Below, piece after piece: positions 35,740 through 44,454 of a DNA stretch of 55,640 nucleotides (its first letter is position 1; every line of letters starts with the position of its first letter). Origin of the DNA: a virus. Taxonomy: Duplodnaviria; Caudoviricetes. A program made the position numbers and the translations under genes. The stretch spans positions 1 through 55,640 of the IMG/VR virus record IMGVR_UViG_3300042309_002031; one strand, given 5' to 3'. The notes under the pieces were generated by a model. The model saw nothing but the letters and a program-made list of their open reading frames with translations. It did no database searches and had not been told where the DNA came from.

Positions 35740-37239
35740 ATGAAATCATTCAAAGAATTTATAGCGAATAGAAACGTCATATCCGAGGAGACGGAGAAGA
35801 AGGAATGGCGTAAGGAATACATAAAACTAGAGAAAGGATTTGTTCCTCCTTCAAATTTGCGTCCAATCGTTCAAGCGTTTATCGACAGCGGATCAATATC
35901 TCTTACTAATGACATTTCATCCAAAGTGACCATGCCCAAGAAATCCTTGTTCTTGGTTGGAGGTCCCGTACGCGACTTTTTGCTCGGAAAGAAGTCCAAG
36001 GATCTTGATCTTGCAACAAATGCTACGCCCGAACAGATCGCCGTGATCCTCCACAACGCCGGGTTCTCTATGACGAAGGAAGATCCAAAATGGGATCTTC
36101 CTTTCAAGCCCAAGATTGCGGGCGATGACGATAACAAGAAATACTACTTGAAAGGAAGAGATTCTGCCGACAAACCGTTCGTCGTCGGCGCAGTTGTGAA
36201 TGGGGAGGAATTTGACGTCGCAACGTTCAGGAAGGACGCGAAGACCGTCAACGGCCAGTCGGAAGTTGACTTCGTGGACAATCCCCACGACGACGCTGAA
36301 AGAAGAGACTTTACCATCAACGCCATGTACATAGAGCTCAACAAGGCCGATGGAGAAAACAGCAAGCTTTATGACCCAACTAAATCCGGATACCATGACC
36401 TTCACTCAGGAATAATAAAGGCGGTTGGTAAAGCCGAAGCTCGATTCGACGAGGACAAACTCAGAGTCATGAGAGCAATAAGAATGCAAGCCAAGTACGG
36501 CAAGCAACCCATGAATCAATCTTTAAAGGATGCCATATCTAAGTTCTCGGACTTAGAGGGCGTGGCTTTAGAGAGAGTCCGAGAGGAATTCCTCAAGGGC
36601 CTAGAGGATCCGTTAGTAAATCCCAAAAAATATATAGTCATGTATTCTAGGCTCGGACTGTTGAAAAAAGTCCTTCCAGGAGTTCACCTTAACGCAGAAG
36701 TTCCTCCTCAATTGGCGGACAAAAAGGATAAGCATCTCGCCCTTGCGTGGATACTAAAAGACAATCCGATAGAAAGCGTGGAGCGAGCCCTTGGAAGAAA
36801 CAGAAAGATTGGCGACAGGGAGGCTCCTACCGGATGGTCTAATCAAGAAAGAGACATAGTCGTATATCTCCTCCGGCTCAAGGAATTCGACAAAGATCAA
36901 CTGGACGATCTTTTGAACAAGAAAAAGATTCTCGGCATCACCAAGGACCAGATTAAAAAATGGGTGGAACTATTTGACGTGGTGGACAAGCACACCGTCA
37001 GAACTCCACGTCCAAACTGGGCACAAAGTGTCAAGAGGTTCGCTGACTTTACGCCCGACCCTATGAAACTAGTAAGTTGGCACGCGAGGGACGAACAAGG
37101 AAATCCTACGACCGAAATTCACCCGGAGATCAAGACATTGGGCATGCACGATGTTCCGCCCCATTTCAGAGGATCTGTGGTGAAGGACATAAACAAAAAG
37201 AAGTTGCGTCAGATGTTCGACGACCAAGGCGCCGCTTGA
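35740..37239 (+). CDS. cca: Class II tRNA nucleotidyltransferase (CCA-adding enzyme family)
   Basis: FLVGGPVRDFLLG..DLDLAT (motif A), DVATFRKD, RRDFTINAM (B), EDKLRVMRAIR (D), ERVREE (E); no PAP GR[RK]F signature seen. Confidence 0.88.
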   Translation: MKSFKEFIANRNVISEETEKKEWRKEYIKLEKGFVPPSNLRPIVQAFIDSGSISLTNDISSKVTMPKKSLFLVGGPVRDFLLGKKSKDLDLATNATPEQIAVILHNAGFSMTKEDPKWDLPFKPKIAGDDDNKKYYLKGRDSADKPFVVGAVVNGEEFDVATFRKDAKTVNGQSEVDFVDNPHDDAERRDFTINAMYIELNKADGENSKLYDPTKSGYHDLHSGIIKAVGKAEARFDEDKLRVMRAIRMQAKYGKQPMNQSLKDAISKFSDLEGVALERVREEFLKGLEDPLVNPKKYIVMYSRLGLLKKVLPGVHLNAEVPPQLADKKDKHLALAWILKDNPIESVERALGRNRKIGDREAPTGWSNQERDIVVYLLRLKEFDKDQLDDLLNKKKILGITKDQIKKWVELFDVVDKHTVRTPRPNWAQSVKRFADFTPDPMKLVSWHARDEQGNPTTEIHPEIKTLGMHDVPPHFRGSVVKDINKKKLRQMFDDQGAA

Positions 37240-38118
37240 TTACTTGTTGTATCTTCTCTTGTATGATCTTATGACTTGCTGGAGGTAGTTCGTGTTCACG
37301 GTCGGATTGTGCTCCATCAGCGTCTCGTAGGGCCCTTGGCTGCTGTAGAAACTTCCATTATTGAACTGGTAGAACTTCTTGTTGAACACGGGAGGCACCC
37401 CGTTCTTGTAGTGTATGAAATTAAGGTTGTCGTCCGCATGGAGCAGCGACGCCGCCAAAAACTTGCCCTTGATCCCGCAGTGCTGAAAGGACTCCGTTAG
37501 CGTTAGTTCCCACGCCGCTTGCTCGCATGGAAAACTCTTGTCCTTTGATTTCATGATCTGTATCAGATTTGACTGCAACTTTGAGAAAAAGGTACTCAGT
37601 ACATATTCTGAGGGCTCGTTGAAGATAATCGGCGCCGACACGAAGGGCAGTTTCGGAAGTTCGTCTAAGCCCACTCCCCGCTCCTCGGCCAACCGCTGCA
37701 AGTTCGGGTCTATATAATCCTTGACCAACTTCTCCTCTGCGGCCGATATCTCCTCGTAGTTGTTGACTATGATTCCATATTCCTTGTCCTCCTCGCCGAG
37801 CACAATAGGGTTCCTTAGAATCATGTCCGAATGAATAAGAACGAATGGCGGCTTGATTATCTCATAGGCCAGTGCGTATCTGAGGGCTCCAACCCGGTTC
37901 AATGGGAGATAGCCCAGTTCCTTACCCTCGTTGGAATGTATGAATTTCTTGCCGTAACGCACCAAGTTGGACGAATAGTCTTTTATTTTCTGGTCGTTGT
38001 TCTCGGCCAAGCCTATGACCAGGTCGTTCTCCAATCCATGCATCAAGAAACTCTCTATGAGCAGTTCCAACTGCCAATAAAAATAACTTGAATTTTCCGC
38101 GCTCACGAAGTATTGCAT
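37240..38118 (-). CDS. GT95/GT96-like glycosyltransferase (Hyp-O-arabinosyl-/peptidyl-Ser galactosyltransferase-like)
   Basis: SAENSSYFYWQ..LIESF, GYLPLNRVGAL and VLIHSDMILRNPI parallel recalled plant motifs (SVEC..YFDWQ...HSF; GYVVLNRPWAF; ILDADMIIRGPI); also FIHY. Confidence 0.6.
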   Translation of the reverse strand: MQYFVSAENSSYFYWQLELLIESFLMHGLENDLVIGLAENNDQKIKDYSSNLVRYGKKFIHSNEGKELGYLPLNRVGALRYALAYEIIKPPFVLIHSDMILRNPIVLGEEDKEYGIIVNNYEEISAAEEKLVKDYIDPNLQRLAEERGVGLDELPKLPFVSAPIIFNEPSEYVLSTFFSKLQSNLIQIMKSKDKSFPCEQAAWELTLTESFQHCGIKGKFLAASLLHADDNLNFIHYKNGVPPVFNKKFYQFNNGSFYSSQGPYETLMEHNPTVNTNYLQQVIRSYKRRYNK

Positions 38119-38152
38119 GCCATAAAATAGTATCCGGTCCCTCTTTTTCTTC

Positions 38153-38180
38153 TTGACAAAATGGACCTCTCTGGTACTAT
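38153..38180 (+). promoter_or_regulatory. Sigma70-type promoter
   Basis: TTGACA-16 nt-TACTAT with TG extended -10. Confidence 0.7.
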
Positions 38181-38225
38181 GCGAATATGATCCTAGAAAC
38201 TACGTTTGTAATGCCGGGAGCAAAG

Positions 38226-38468
38226 ATGTCTACCATCCAAAAGAATTTGACCTTTGAGACCCTCAAGCAGCAAGTAAGGGAACTCGCCTACAAAAAGTGG
38301 GAGGAGTCGGGTCGGCCGTGGGGACGGGACAAGGAATTTTGGGTAACCGCAGAAAAGGAACTTTTCGGCGACGAACCACTTAGGTCCGGCGGTTACCGTT
38401 TAAAGATCAAGGGATCCCAACTGCTAATATGCCCAATAAATTCTGAAATCCCAGTCGAAAGAGATTGA
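38226..38468 (+). CDS. DUF2934-domain protein
   Basis: VRELAYKKWEESGRPWGRDKEFWVTAEKEL; GGAG SD before ATG 38226. Confidence 0.8.
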   Translation: MSTIQKNLTFETLKQQVRELAYKKWEESGRPWGRDKEFWVTAEKELFGDEPLRSGGYRLKIKGSQLLICPINSEIPVERD

Positions 38469-38485
38469 CGAAGCTATATTATTTC

Positions 38486-38737
38486 ATGAAAAGCAAACTT
38501 GAAAAGCAAAAAGAGGCCGAGGAACGAGCCGCACATAGAAGCAAGATGAGCCACAAGGATCAGATCGCCCGTCTAGATTCGTCATTCGGCAAGGATCTTG
38601 GGGCCACAAAGGAGCGGGCAAGGCTCAAGGCCTTGATTGAGGGGGCGAAGAGTCCTAAGAGCCAAAAAGAAACCTCAGAACCTAACCCTTCAGAGAAGCC
38701 AAAAAAGAATCGAAAAAAGAAAAACGAAGAGTCTTGA
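38486..38737 (+). CDS. Small basic hypothetical protein
   Basis: QIARLD..FG...GATKERARL; Lys-rich tail; CTATATTA 4 nt before ATG. Confidence 0.65.
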   Translation: MKSKLEKQKEAEERAAHRSKMSHKDQIARLDSSFGKDLGATKERARLKALIEGAKSPKSQKETSEPNPSEKPKKNRKKKNEES

Positions 38738-38762
38738 AGTCGCTTATCCTTCGCAATAAAAA

Positions 38763-39581
38763 TTATGGATTCACAAGATCAGAATCTGTAAGTACATAAG
38801 GTATTTCTGTAATTGTGCTAGGATTTGTATTTGCAGAAGTGTATGTGTAGTTAATTTTTCTTGCAAAATCCCCCTCCACAGCCCCAGCCGGGTATTCTAT
38901 TATCTGTGTTATTCTGTCTGATCCATCAACTGTCAACTTCTTAAATGTGAACAGCCCTGCACGCCCGCGCAGTAGTTCCCAGTCTGCCTTCATGTCTCCG
39001 GGAACGAATCCGGCGGCTTCTATGATGGCTTGGTCGGCCGGATCTGACTCATCCAGCATTATTAGCATGCCGACGGAATCATCGTACTTGAATCTGTTTT
39101 GTATCGTGTGCCTCGCGAAGTATTCGGGCAATTCAGCCACGCCGGCCCTTTTGTTGAAGCCAAGCTGGGTCTGCGCTCCGTAGTTTCCGAAATATAGCTT
39201 GACGTTCTGCTTCTTGGCTGGATTCTTGATCACACCGACCGAGTCCGAGCCTTCCACCTTGACCAACTTGGCTATGAATAACGACGAGAATAGCGGCTCG
39301 GCATTCAACTTGCTCGCCACCTCGTAGGCGCTCGTGTTTGAGGGATCCGCCCCCGCCACATCTATAGACACAGACGACCAGTTTTTAAACTCCGGATCCC
39401 ACGAGAAATTGAACTCTAAAGTGCTTGATGACGAAAAGTCATATGGCCCCGGATTCCAAGCAACTTGGTTGGATTGAAGGTTCTTGTTCGATGGGACTTT
39501 GAAAGTAGGAGACAACTTTCTATCGGATAGAAGAAGAGAGCCTTGGTACTCTTGGTCAAACAAGTTCTGGAAAAATGCCAT
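38763..39581 (-). CDS. Hypothetical, possibly structural protein
   Basis: 272 aa, AAGGA SD, TATATA at 39611-39616. Confidence 0.7.
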   Translation of the reverse strand: MAFFQNLFDQEYQGSLLLSDRKLSPTFKVPSNKNLQSNQVAWNPGPYDFSSSSTLEFNFSWDPEFKNWSSVSIDVAGADPSNTSAYEVASKLNAEPLFSSLFIAKLVKVEGSDSVGVIKNPAKKQNVKLYFGNYGAQTQLGFNKRAGVAELPEYFARHTIQNRFKYDDSVGMLIMLDESDPADQAIIEAAGFVPGDMKADWELLRGRAGLFTFKKLTVDGSDRITQIIEYPAGAVEGDFARKINYTYTSANTNPSTITEIPYVLTDSDLVNP

Positions 39582-39653
39582 CTTTCGTCCTTTGGTTTAA
39601 CGACAAAACTTATATAGACTTTTTTTACCGAAATCTTCGCGCCCGAACGCAGA

Positions 39654-39682
39654 TTGACTCGGATTCCAAAATTCATTAAAAT
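39654..39682 (+). promoter_or_regulatory. Sigma70-type promoter
   Basis: TTGACT-17 nt-TAAAAT. Confidence 0.6.
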
Positions 39683-39718
39683 TTGGAACCACCCCCTCAT
39701 GAAAGAAGTGTTGATCAT

Positions 39719-40621
39719 ATGCAACTTAAAATATGGGAAGTACACCCGAAGGCCTGCAGAATAGAGAAGGCCGAAAAGTCTTGCAAGGGCATCGCTAACC
39801 AAGCCGCCGTCCAATGGTGCGGCCCGTATGTCAACGCAAATCAGTCTGGATTCTGGGTCTATCCGCCTGTGGACATGGATTTTGTTTTAGATGACGGGAA
39901 ATTCAAGATAATTAACATGGAGGCGTACGACGATGAGGACTATCGCATCGTCCGCTCGCTCGTGAGACCAGAGGATCACTCCGATTTAGAGAAGTGGATA
40001 TTCCCTAATTCGGGACGGACAAAGATGACATTGGGTTTCGTAGAGCCCAATGTGATTCAAATCTGGACTGGCCTAATATTTCAGACCCCCCCAGGCTGGT
40101 GCCTTCACATACGAAGCCCAATAAACTTCCCGCCGCAAGGGTTTAGCCTCGTAGAGGCAGTTTTGGAGTCCGACTGGCTTCAGTATGATATATGGATGAA
40201 CTTGTCGGTGACGGAAGTTGGAAAGACCATATCTATACGCAAGGATGTTCCCATAGCACAACTCGTTCCAACGAGGAGAGAGAGTTTCAAGGGCGAATGG
40301 GAGGCGAATAGGGAGAGAATTAATCGGGATTCGGACGAAGCAGACAAAGTGTTTAGATACTGGTTGCACTACAACAAGCAGAAGTTTGAGTTCGGAGGCA
40401 ACCAAGCACTTACGGAAAACTTGACAAAGGACTCTACGACCTATTTCAGGGAAAGGAGTAGGCTCTTAGGCAAGGACATGGAGCCCTCGCAGAGTGTCGA
40501 TAAGTGTCCTCCCGCGCAGCCGAGTAAGTGCCCGTTCGCCCATCTCCACGGTCATCAAGAGACGCCGGAATACGAGGCGTTGGACAACTCCTTTATGAAG
40601 AAATTTTTCAAGACAACCTAA
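39719..40621 (+). CDS. DUF6065-like protein
   Basis: WCGPYVNANQSGFWV..IFQTPPGW..SPIN..VLESDW..PIAQLVP; start uncertain (39683-39719). Confidence 0.65.
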   Translation: MQLKIWEVHPKACRIEKAEKSCKGIANQAAVQWCGPYVNANQSGFWVYPPVDMDFVLDDGKFKIINMEAYDDEDYRIVRSLVRPEDHSDLEKWIFPNSGRTKMTLGFVEPNVIQIWTGLIFQTPPGWCLHIRSPINFPPQGFSLVEAVLESDWLQYDIWMNLSVTEVGKTISIRKDVPIAQLVPTRRESFKGEWEANRERINRDSDEADKVFRYWLHYNKQKFEFGGNQALTENLTKDSTTYFRERSRLLGKDMEPSQSVDKCPPAQPSKCPFAHLHGHQETPEYEALDNSFMKKFFKTT

Positions 40622-41442
40622 GATATCTTCATGTAATTAAGGAGTCCCCTTCTGTCCATCACTTGGTGGTGCGTCTTGCCGTATGTCACTCCCTCCTTGC
40701 ACCTATTGAAACTGACTGACTCAAAAAGCGTCTCGTTTGGCTGAACAAGGTGTATGCTTATTCCCTTATATCCGAATTCGCCCTCTTTCTTGAGGCATTG
40801 GTTGATGTCCCTCATCATGAACTCATTTAGACTTATGTCCAACGCCCGGTAAGCCATCTTTACCGCCCTCATGAATCCCGTGGGTCGCTTCCACTCGTCT
40901 ATCTCAAAGCGTCGCCCCATTATCACATAGATGTCTTGGCACCCGGCCTCAATGCACTGCTCCAAAGGTGCCAGTTGCCTGCTTCCGGCATCCACCCACC
41001 CGTTCCTGTCCTCGACTAAAGCGGTGATCGCGACACTCCCCAGAACGGCCTCGGCGAATTCTTCGGGCGACACGGACTTGTTCGAGACATAGTCCATCCT
41101 GCCGTCTTCAATGTTCATTCTCACAACGACGCTCTCGCATATTGGTTGATTTTTTACGGCGTTGTAGACAATCTTCTCCATGGGCCGCTGGTTCATGAGT
41201 CCGCTTCTCCAAGGAAAGTCATAATTAATTTTGAACACGTCGAATATGTTGCCTATGTTGCTCCACATGTCGGCAAGTCCTTGCGGCCCTAGAAAGGAAT
41301 ATGATGCTGCGCATATAGAGCCCGAAGAAACTCCTATGGTAAAGTCGGCATTCACGCCTCGCTCGTGTAGTCCGAGGGCTATACCCGCTTGTATTGATCC
41401 TCTTGCGCCCTCGCCCGTGAAGCAGAATCCTATTTTGCTCAT
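40618..41442 (-). CDS. Patatin-like phospholipase
   Basis: GEGARG oxyanion loop, GVSSG nucleophile elbow, WVDAG catalytic Asp. Confidence 0.88.
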   Translation of the reverse strand: MSKIGFCFTGEGARGSIQAGIALGLHERGVNADFTIGVSSGSICAASYSFLGPQGLADMWSNIGNIFDVFKINYDFPWRSGLMNQRPMEKIVYNAVKNQPICESVVVRMNIEDGRMDYVSNKSVSPEEFAEAVLGSVAITALVEDRNGWVDAGSRQLAPLEQCIEAGCQDIYVIMGRRFEIDEWKRPTGFMRAVKMAYRALDISLNEFMMRDINQCLKKEGEFGYKGISIHLVQPNETLFESVSFNRCKEGVTYGKTHHQVMDRRGLLNYMKIS

Positions 41443-41795
41443 TTTTCATTTCCCTTTTTTGATTTCTTTCCTTTCTTCTTTCTACGCTTCTTCTTGCAGT
41501 TGCCGCAGTTGCAATGCGGATAGCAATATCCACATCCGATGACTGAGGGGCGAATCGCGATTGAACTTGAAGTCGTTCCTGTGCTCGGAGGAGGCGTCGT
41601 CGAACCTCCGGATGAAGACCCGTCCCCACCACCAGTCCCACCCCCAGAGTCCCCACCCCCAGAGTCCCCACCCCCAGAGTCCCCACCACCAGCAGCCCCA
41701 CCACCACCAGCACCTCCACCAGCAGCTCCACCAGCGGCTCCACCACCACCAGCGGCTCCATCTTCTCTTAGCCTAACCCATTCAGAAAATTTCAT
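41439..41795 (-). CDS. Gly-rich small protein with Cys cluster and basic tail, CTS-like N-terminus
   Basis: MKFSEWVRLRE, Gly linker, CGYCYPHCNCGNC, KKKRRKKKGKKSKK; GAGG SD; TATATA at 41811-41816. Confidence 0.7.
   Translation of the reverse strand: MKFSEWVRLREDGAAGGGGAAGGAAGGGAGGGGAAGGGDSGGGDSGGGDSGGGTGGGDGSSSGGSTTPPPSTGTTSSSIAIRPSVIGCGYCYPHCNCGNCKKKRRKKKGKKSKKGNEK
41625..41760 (-). repeat. Gly-rich low-complexity repeat (GGGDS x3; GGAAG)
   Basis: 15-bp units CCCCACCCCCAGAGT. Confidence 0.8.
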
Positions 41796-41822
41796 TTTTT
41801 ACCTCAGCCATATATAGATAAA

Positions 41823-41851
41823 TTGACTATTGAATTGATAACTACTATATT
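41823..41851 (+). promoter_or_regulatory. Sigma70-type promoter
   Basis: TTGACT-17 nt-TATATT. Confidence 0.55.
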
Positions 41852-41887
41852 GTTGGATCGGAAGCAAACCGCCAACCCCTCATCAAT

Positions 41888-42088
41888 ATGAAATATGAAT
41901 ACAAATACGTGATGTGCGTATTGGACGAAGACAACTCCTCCTTGAAGCAGCTTGAAAAGTTTATTCAAGACGGATGGGAACCGCTCAGGGAAACTGGGAT
42001 GCCCTCAAGCGGATCAAACTATTCGGAAAACGCTCAGCCGCCCATATGCTTGTGCGTACTTCGAAGACTGATCACCAGTGCCGAATAA
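41888..42088 (+). CDS. Small hypothetical protein (DUF4177-like pattern)
   Basis: MKYEYKYV..LEKFIQDGWE..LRR. Confidence 0.55.
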   Translation: MKYEYKYVMCVLDEDNSSLKQLEKFIQDGWEPLRETGMPSSGSNYSENAQPPICLCVLRRLITSAE

Positions 42089-42269
42089 TATTGGCTATTA
42101 CGAATCCGCAAGTAACAAAATTCACGAGCACTATGATGAATTTTATGAAGAAGGAAATCAAGGCCTCTTCTACCGTAAGTATTGGCAAATCTGGCTTGTC
42201 GCTGTCCGTCTTGCCTATTCTATGATCTATAGTTCTAGCCAATATTAAAAAGAATCTGCTGTGTGTCAT
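42072..42269 (-). CDS. Small membrane protein
   Basis: GGAGG SD; C-terminal TM ending IANIIRHW; TATATA at 42294-42299. Confidence 0.65.
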   Translation of the reverse strand: MTHSRFFLILARTIDHRIGKTDSDKPDLPILTVEEALISFFIKFIIVLVNFVTCGFVIANIIRHW

Positions 42270-42305
42270 ACCACCTCCATATGTGTTTAAACATATATAG
42301 ACGAC

Positions 42306-42845
42306 TCACAGCGGCCTATAGACTTGTTTGTCTTTAATTTCTACCACAGGGGTCTCCATCATCGTAGGAGGTTTGATGGGAGGAATCTGATCCTTGATTT
42401 GGGACGAAGGCTGCGCTGGTGACTCTATCGTTATCTTCTGTTTATTCTTGAAGTAGTTCGGCCCATAATTGACAAATATTTCTTGTCCCTTTTTTATTTT
42501 TTTTACGGCCCTTATATCAGCAATTTGATTCTTTAGGTCAAAGCGAATCTCGGCGCTGTTATCATCTTGGTGATTGTAAATCTGACCGTATCCCATGACC
42601 ATGAGAAAATGTCCGCCGTGCTTCTTGCAATCATCGCAAGGACATGTATTCGTGAACATATAGTTCCAAATCACAGGATCCTTGTGGTAGTTCATTCTAA
42701 ATCCCATTACCACCAAGGGAGCACGCTCCACGATCTCTCCCGGAACTATATCTTCAGTAGCAAAAACTCCTCTTCCTTGAAGGCTAGAATACCCAAGTTC
42801 TATCTTCTTGGGGAGGTTTAATTTCGGCTTTTCGTCTTTATCCAT
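42306..42845 (-). CDS. SET-domain methyltransferase
   Basis: GRGVFATEDI, IYNHQD, IKKGQEIFVNYG. Confidence 0.88.
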   Translation of the reverse strand: MDKDEKPKLNLPKKIELGYSSLQGRGVFATEDIVPGEIVERAPLVVMGFRMNYHKDPVIWNYMFTNTCPCDDCKKHGGHFLMVMGYGQIYNHQDDNSAEIRFDLKNQIADIRAVKKIKKGQEIFVNYGPNYFKNKQKITIESPAQPSSQIKDQIPPIKPPTMMETPVVEIKDKQVYRPL

Positions 42846-42858
42846 GAAATATATTAGT

Positions 42859-43065
42859 TCAACCTGTCCAGATGTCCCAGTCGTCGGCTTCCTTTTCTAT
42901 TATTTCGGCCATAACGCTCAGCGTGGCTTCCTTGTACATCTTTGAGGCTTTTCTTAATGTTTCACTTCTCTTGTCGCTGAATACGGATCTGGCGAACCTT
43001 ACAAGTTCGTCCGCTTTTTCTATCAGTTCCTTGCGAACATAAGGAGCCATTCCCATGTTTTCCAC
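42859..43065 (-). CDS. Hypothetical protein
   Basis: 68-aa ORF filling the gap; TATATA at 43086-43091. Confidence 0.6.
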   Translation of the reverse strand: MENMGMAPYVRKELIEKADELVRFARSVFSDKRSETLRKASKMYKEATLSVMAEIIEKEADDWDIWTG

Positions 43066-43110
43066 CCCATTTGAGTAATTTCATTTATATACCTTCGGGG
43101 GGTAGCGGGA

Positions 43111-44148
43111 TTATAAGTTTTTTGACCTTTCTACAATCGCCTTCTCATGGCTCTCCTTCGCCTTGAAAACTTGATCTAAACTGCATCCTTCTGTGCTTTT
43201 CGCGAGATCAAGCGGAAGAAGTTTCATTCTGGTTTCAAGGCTAGGGTTCGCGAAGTGTTTGACATATTTAAACCGTGACGGTCTGTTTTTGAGCGCCTCG
43301 TCGACTTTATCCAAGTCGTTCACAGTCATGATGAAGACCACATTCTCGTGCGTCGTGTAAGCGCCATCAAGACCATTCAATATGATGTCAAAAGTGAACT
43401 TGATAGACTTATTGTCGCCGCCAATTATGCATGTTCTCTTGTCGAAATAGTTATCAAAGTCCTCGAACAGAACAATGCAGCCTTTTGGTATCTGGGCAAA
43501 TATAAGAAGGAGGTCGTGATTGGTCCAGTCTGGGTTCAACGTGAATATCATCATGGGAAGTCTGTACTTTGAAGCCAAGTACTTTATGCAAAAACTCTTC
43601 CCGTTTCCTGGTGATCCGTAAAGAAGAGCGCTCGTTTTCTTCCTTTTCCCTTCAACCACCTCGGCGACTTCGTTCTCGAAGTCCCTCCAAAGGCTCTCCT
43701 CAAATATCGGCTCTGCGAATGTCTCTTTTAAAGATCCTATTTTGTCGGTTCCGTACGGAAGCATTAGTTGCACGGGTACGCCGAGGGTGCAGAGTTGCAT
43801 CTCCTTCAACTTTGTCCTCAAAAATGACTTCAACTTGTCGTAATTCCATCTGAAGCAGGTCAGTACAGTCACGTGATCCTTCTCGTTGAACCCCGCTTGC
43901 ATGAGCCTTTCTGAGTGGTTCATGTGGAACCACGGCGCCCCCTTGAAGAAACAAAAAGCCACATATGCCACCGGATGCCTATTCTCTGATACGAACTCCT
44001 CGTAAATCATGAACTTCTTTTCGCTCCCACACAAGTCGTAGACCGTCTTGTATGTGTTGGAATCCACTCTCATCTCTACGAGAAGAATATATTTAAAAAA
44101 GGCCCACATCCCCACGAATGAGGCTAGCAAAGTGAATATTGTTGTCAT
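43111..44148 (-). CDS. Membrane-anchored AAA+ ATPase, BCS1-like
   Basis: N-terminal TM; GSPGNGKS (Walker A), VLFEDFD (Walker B), ILNGLDG, ALKNRPSRF (Arg finger). Confidence 0.85.
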   Translation of the reverse strand: MTTIFTLLASFVGMWAFFKYILLVEMRVDSNTYKTVYDLCGSEKKFMIYEEFVSENRHPVAYVAFCFFKGAPWFHMNHSERLMQAGFNEKDHVTVLTCFRWNYDKLKSFLRTKLKEMQLCTLGVPVQLMLPYGTDKIGSLKETFAEPIFEESLWRDFENEVAEVVEGKRKKTSALLYGSPGNGKSFCIKYLASKYRLPMMIFTLNPDWTNHDLLLIFAQIPKGCIVLFEDFDNYFDKRTCIIGGDNKSIKFTFDIILNGLDGAYTTHENVVFIMTVNDLDKVDEALKNRPSRFKYVKHFANPSLETRMKLLPLDLAKSTEGCSLDQVFKAKESHEKAIVERSKNL

Positions 44149-44155
44149 AGCCAAT

Positions 44156-44184
44156 AATCTAGCAGATTATCGGTTCGACATCAA
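44156..44184 (-). promoter_or_regulatory. Sigma70-type promoter for the AAA gene (probably leaderless)
   Basis: TTGATG-17 nt-TAGATT with TG extension, ending 7 nt before ATG 44148. Confidence 0.5.
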
Positions 44185-44402
44185 TCTCGGGACTGATCAA
44201 TTGCTCTTCTATTTCTAGACGATCTGGATCCTTGATCTTTTTTAGATTTGAATGTCGTGTCCCTACGTCCCGAAACTTGTCGCTGCGGACTCGGCTCGGA
44301 AAGTTCGACCTTATTGGTCTTCTCCTTGGGCATCTGCACCGGGACGGACTTGCCCTTTGCCTCCGTCATTAACCTCTGTTCTAGCCAAGATGAAAATTGC
44401 AT
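44181..44402 (-). CDS. Small basic protein with CTS-like N-terminus (start moved to ATG 44402)
   Basis: GAGG SD; MQFSSWLEQRLMTE then Lys/Arg/Ser-rich. Confidence 0.65.
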   Translation of the reverse strand: MQFSSWLEQRLMTEAKGKSVPVQMPKEKTNKVELSEPSPQRQVSGRRDTTFKSKKDQGSRSSRNRRAIDQSRD

Positions 44403-44440
44403 ATTTGCCCTCGTATTTCTAAAAATACCAACAACATAGG

Positions 44441-44446
44441 TATATA
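44441..44446. promoter_or_regulatory. TATATA box between divergent CTS-bearing genes
   Basis: Located in the 52-nt gap between 44402(-) and 44455(+). Confidence 0.5.
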
Positions 44447-44454
44447 TTTTCACT

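Noticed and set aside
43088-43110. cUUCGg terminator hairpin
   Set aside because: Stem only 2 bp around the tetraloop, no U-tract, and on the strand opposite the flanking genes
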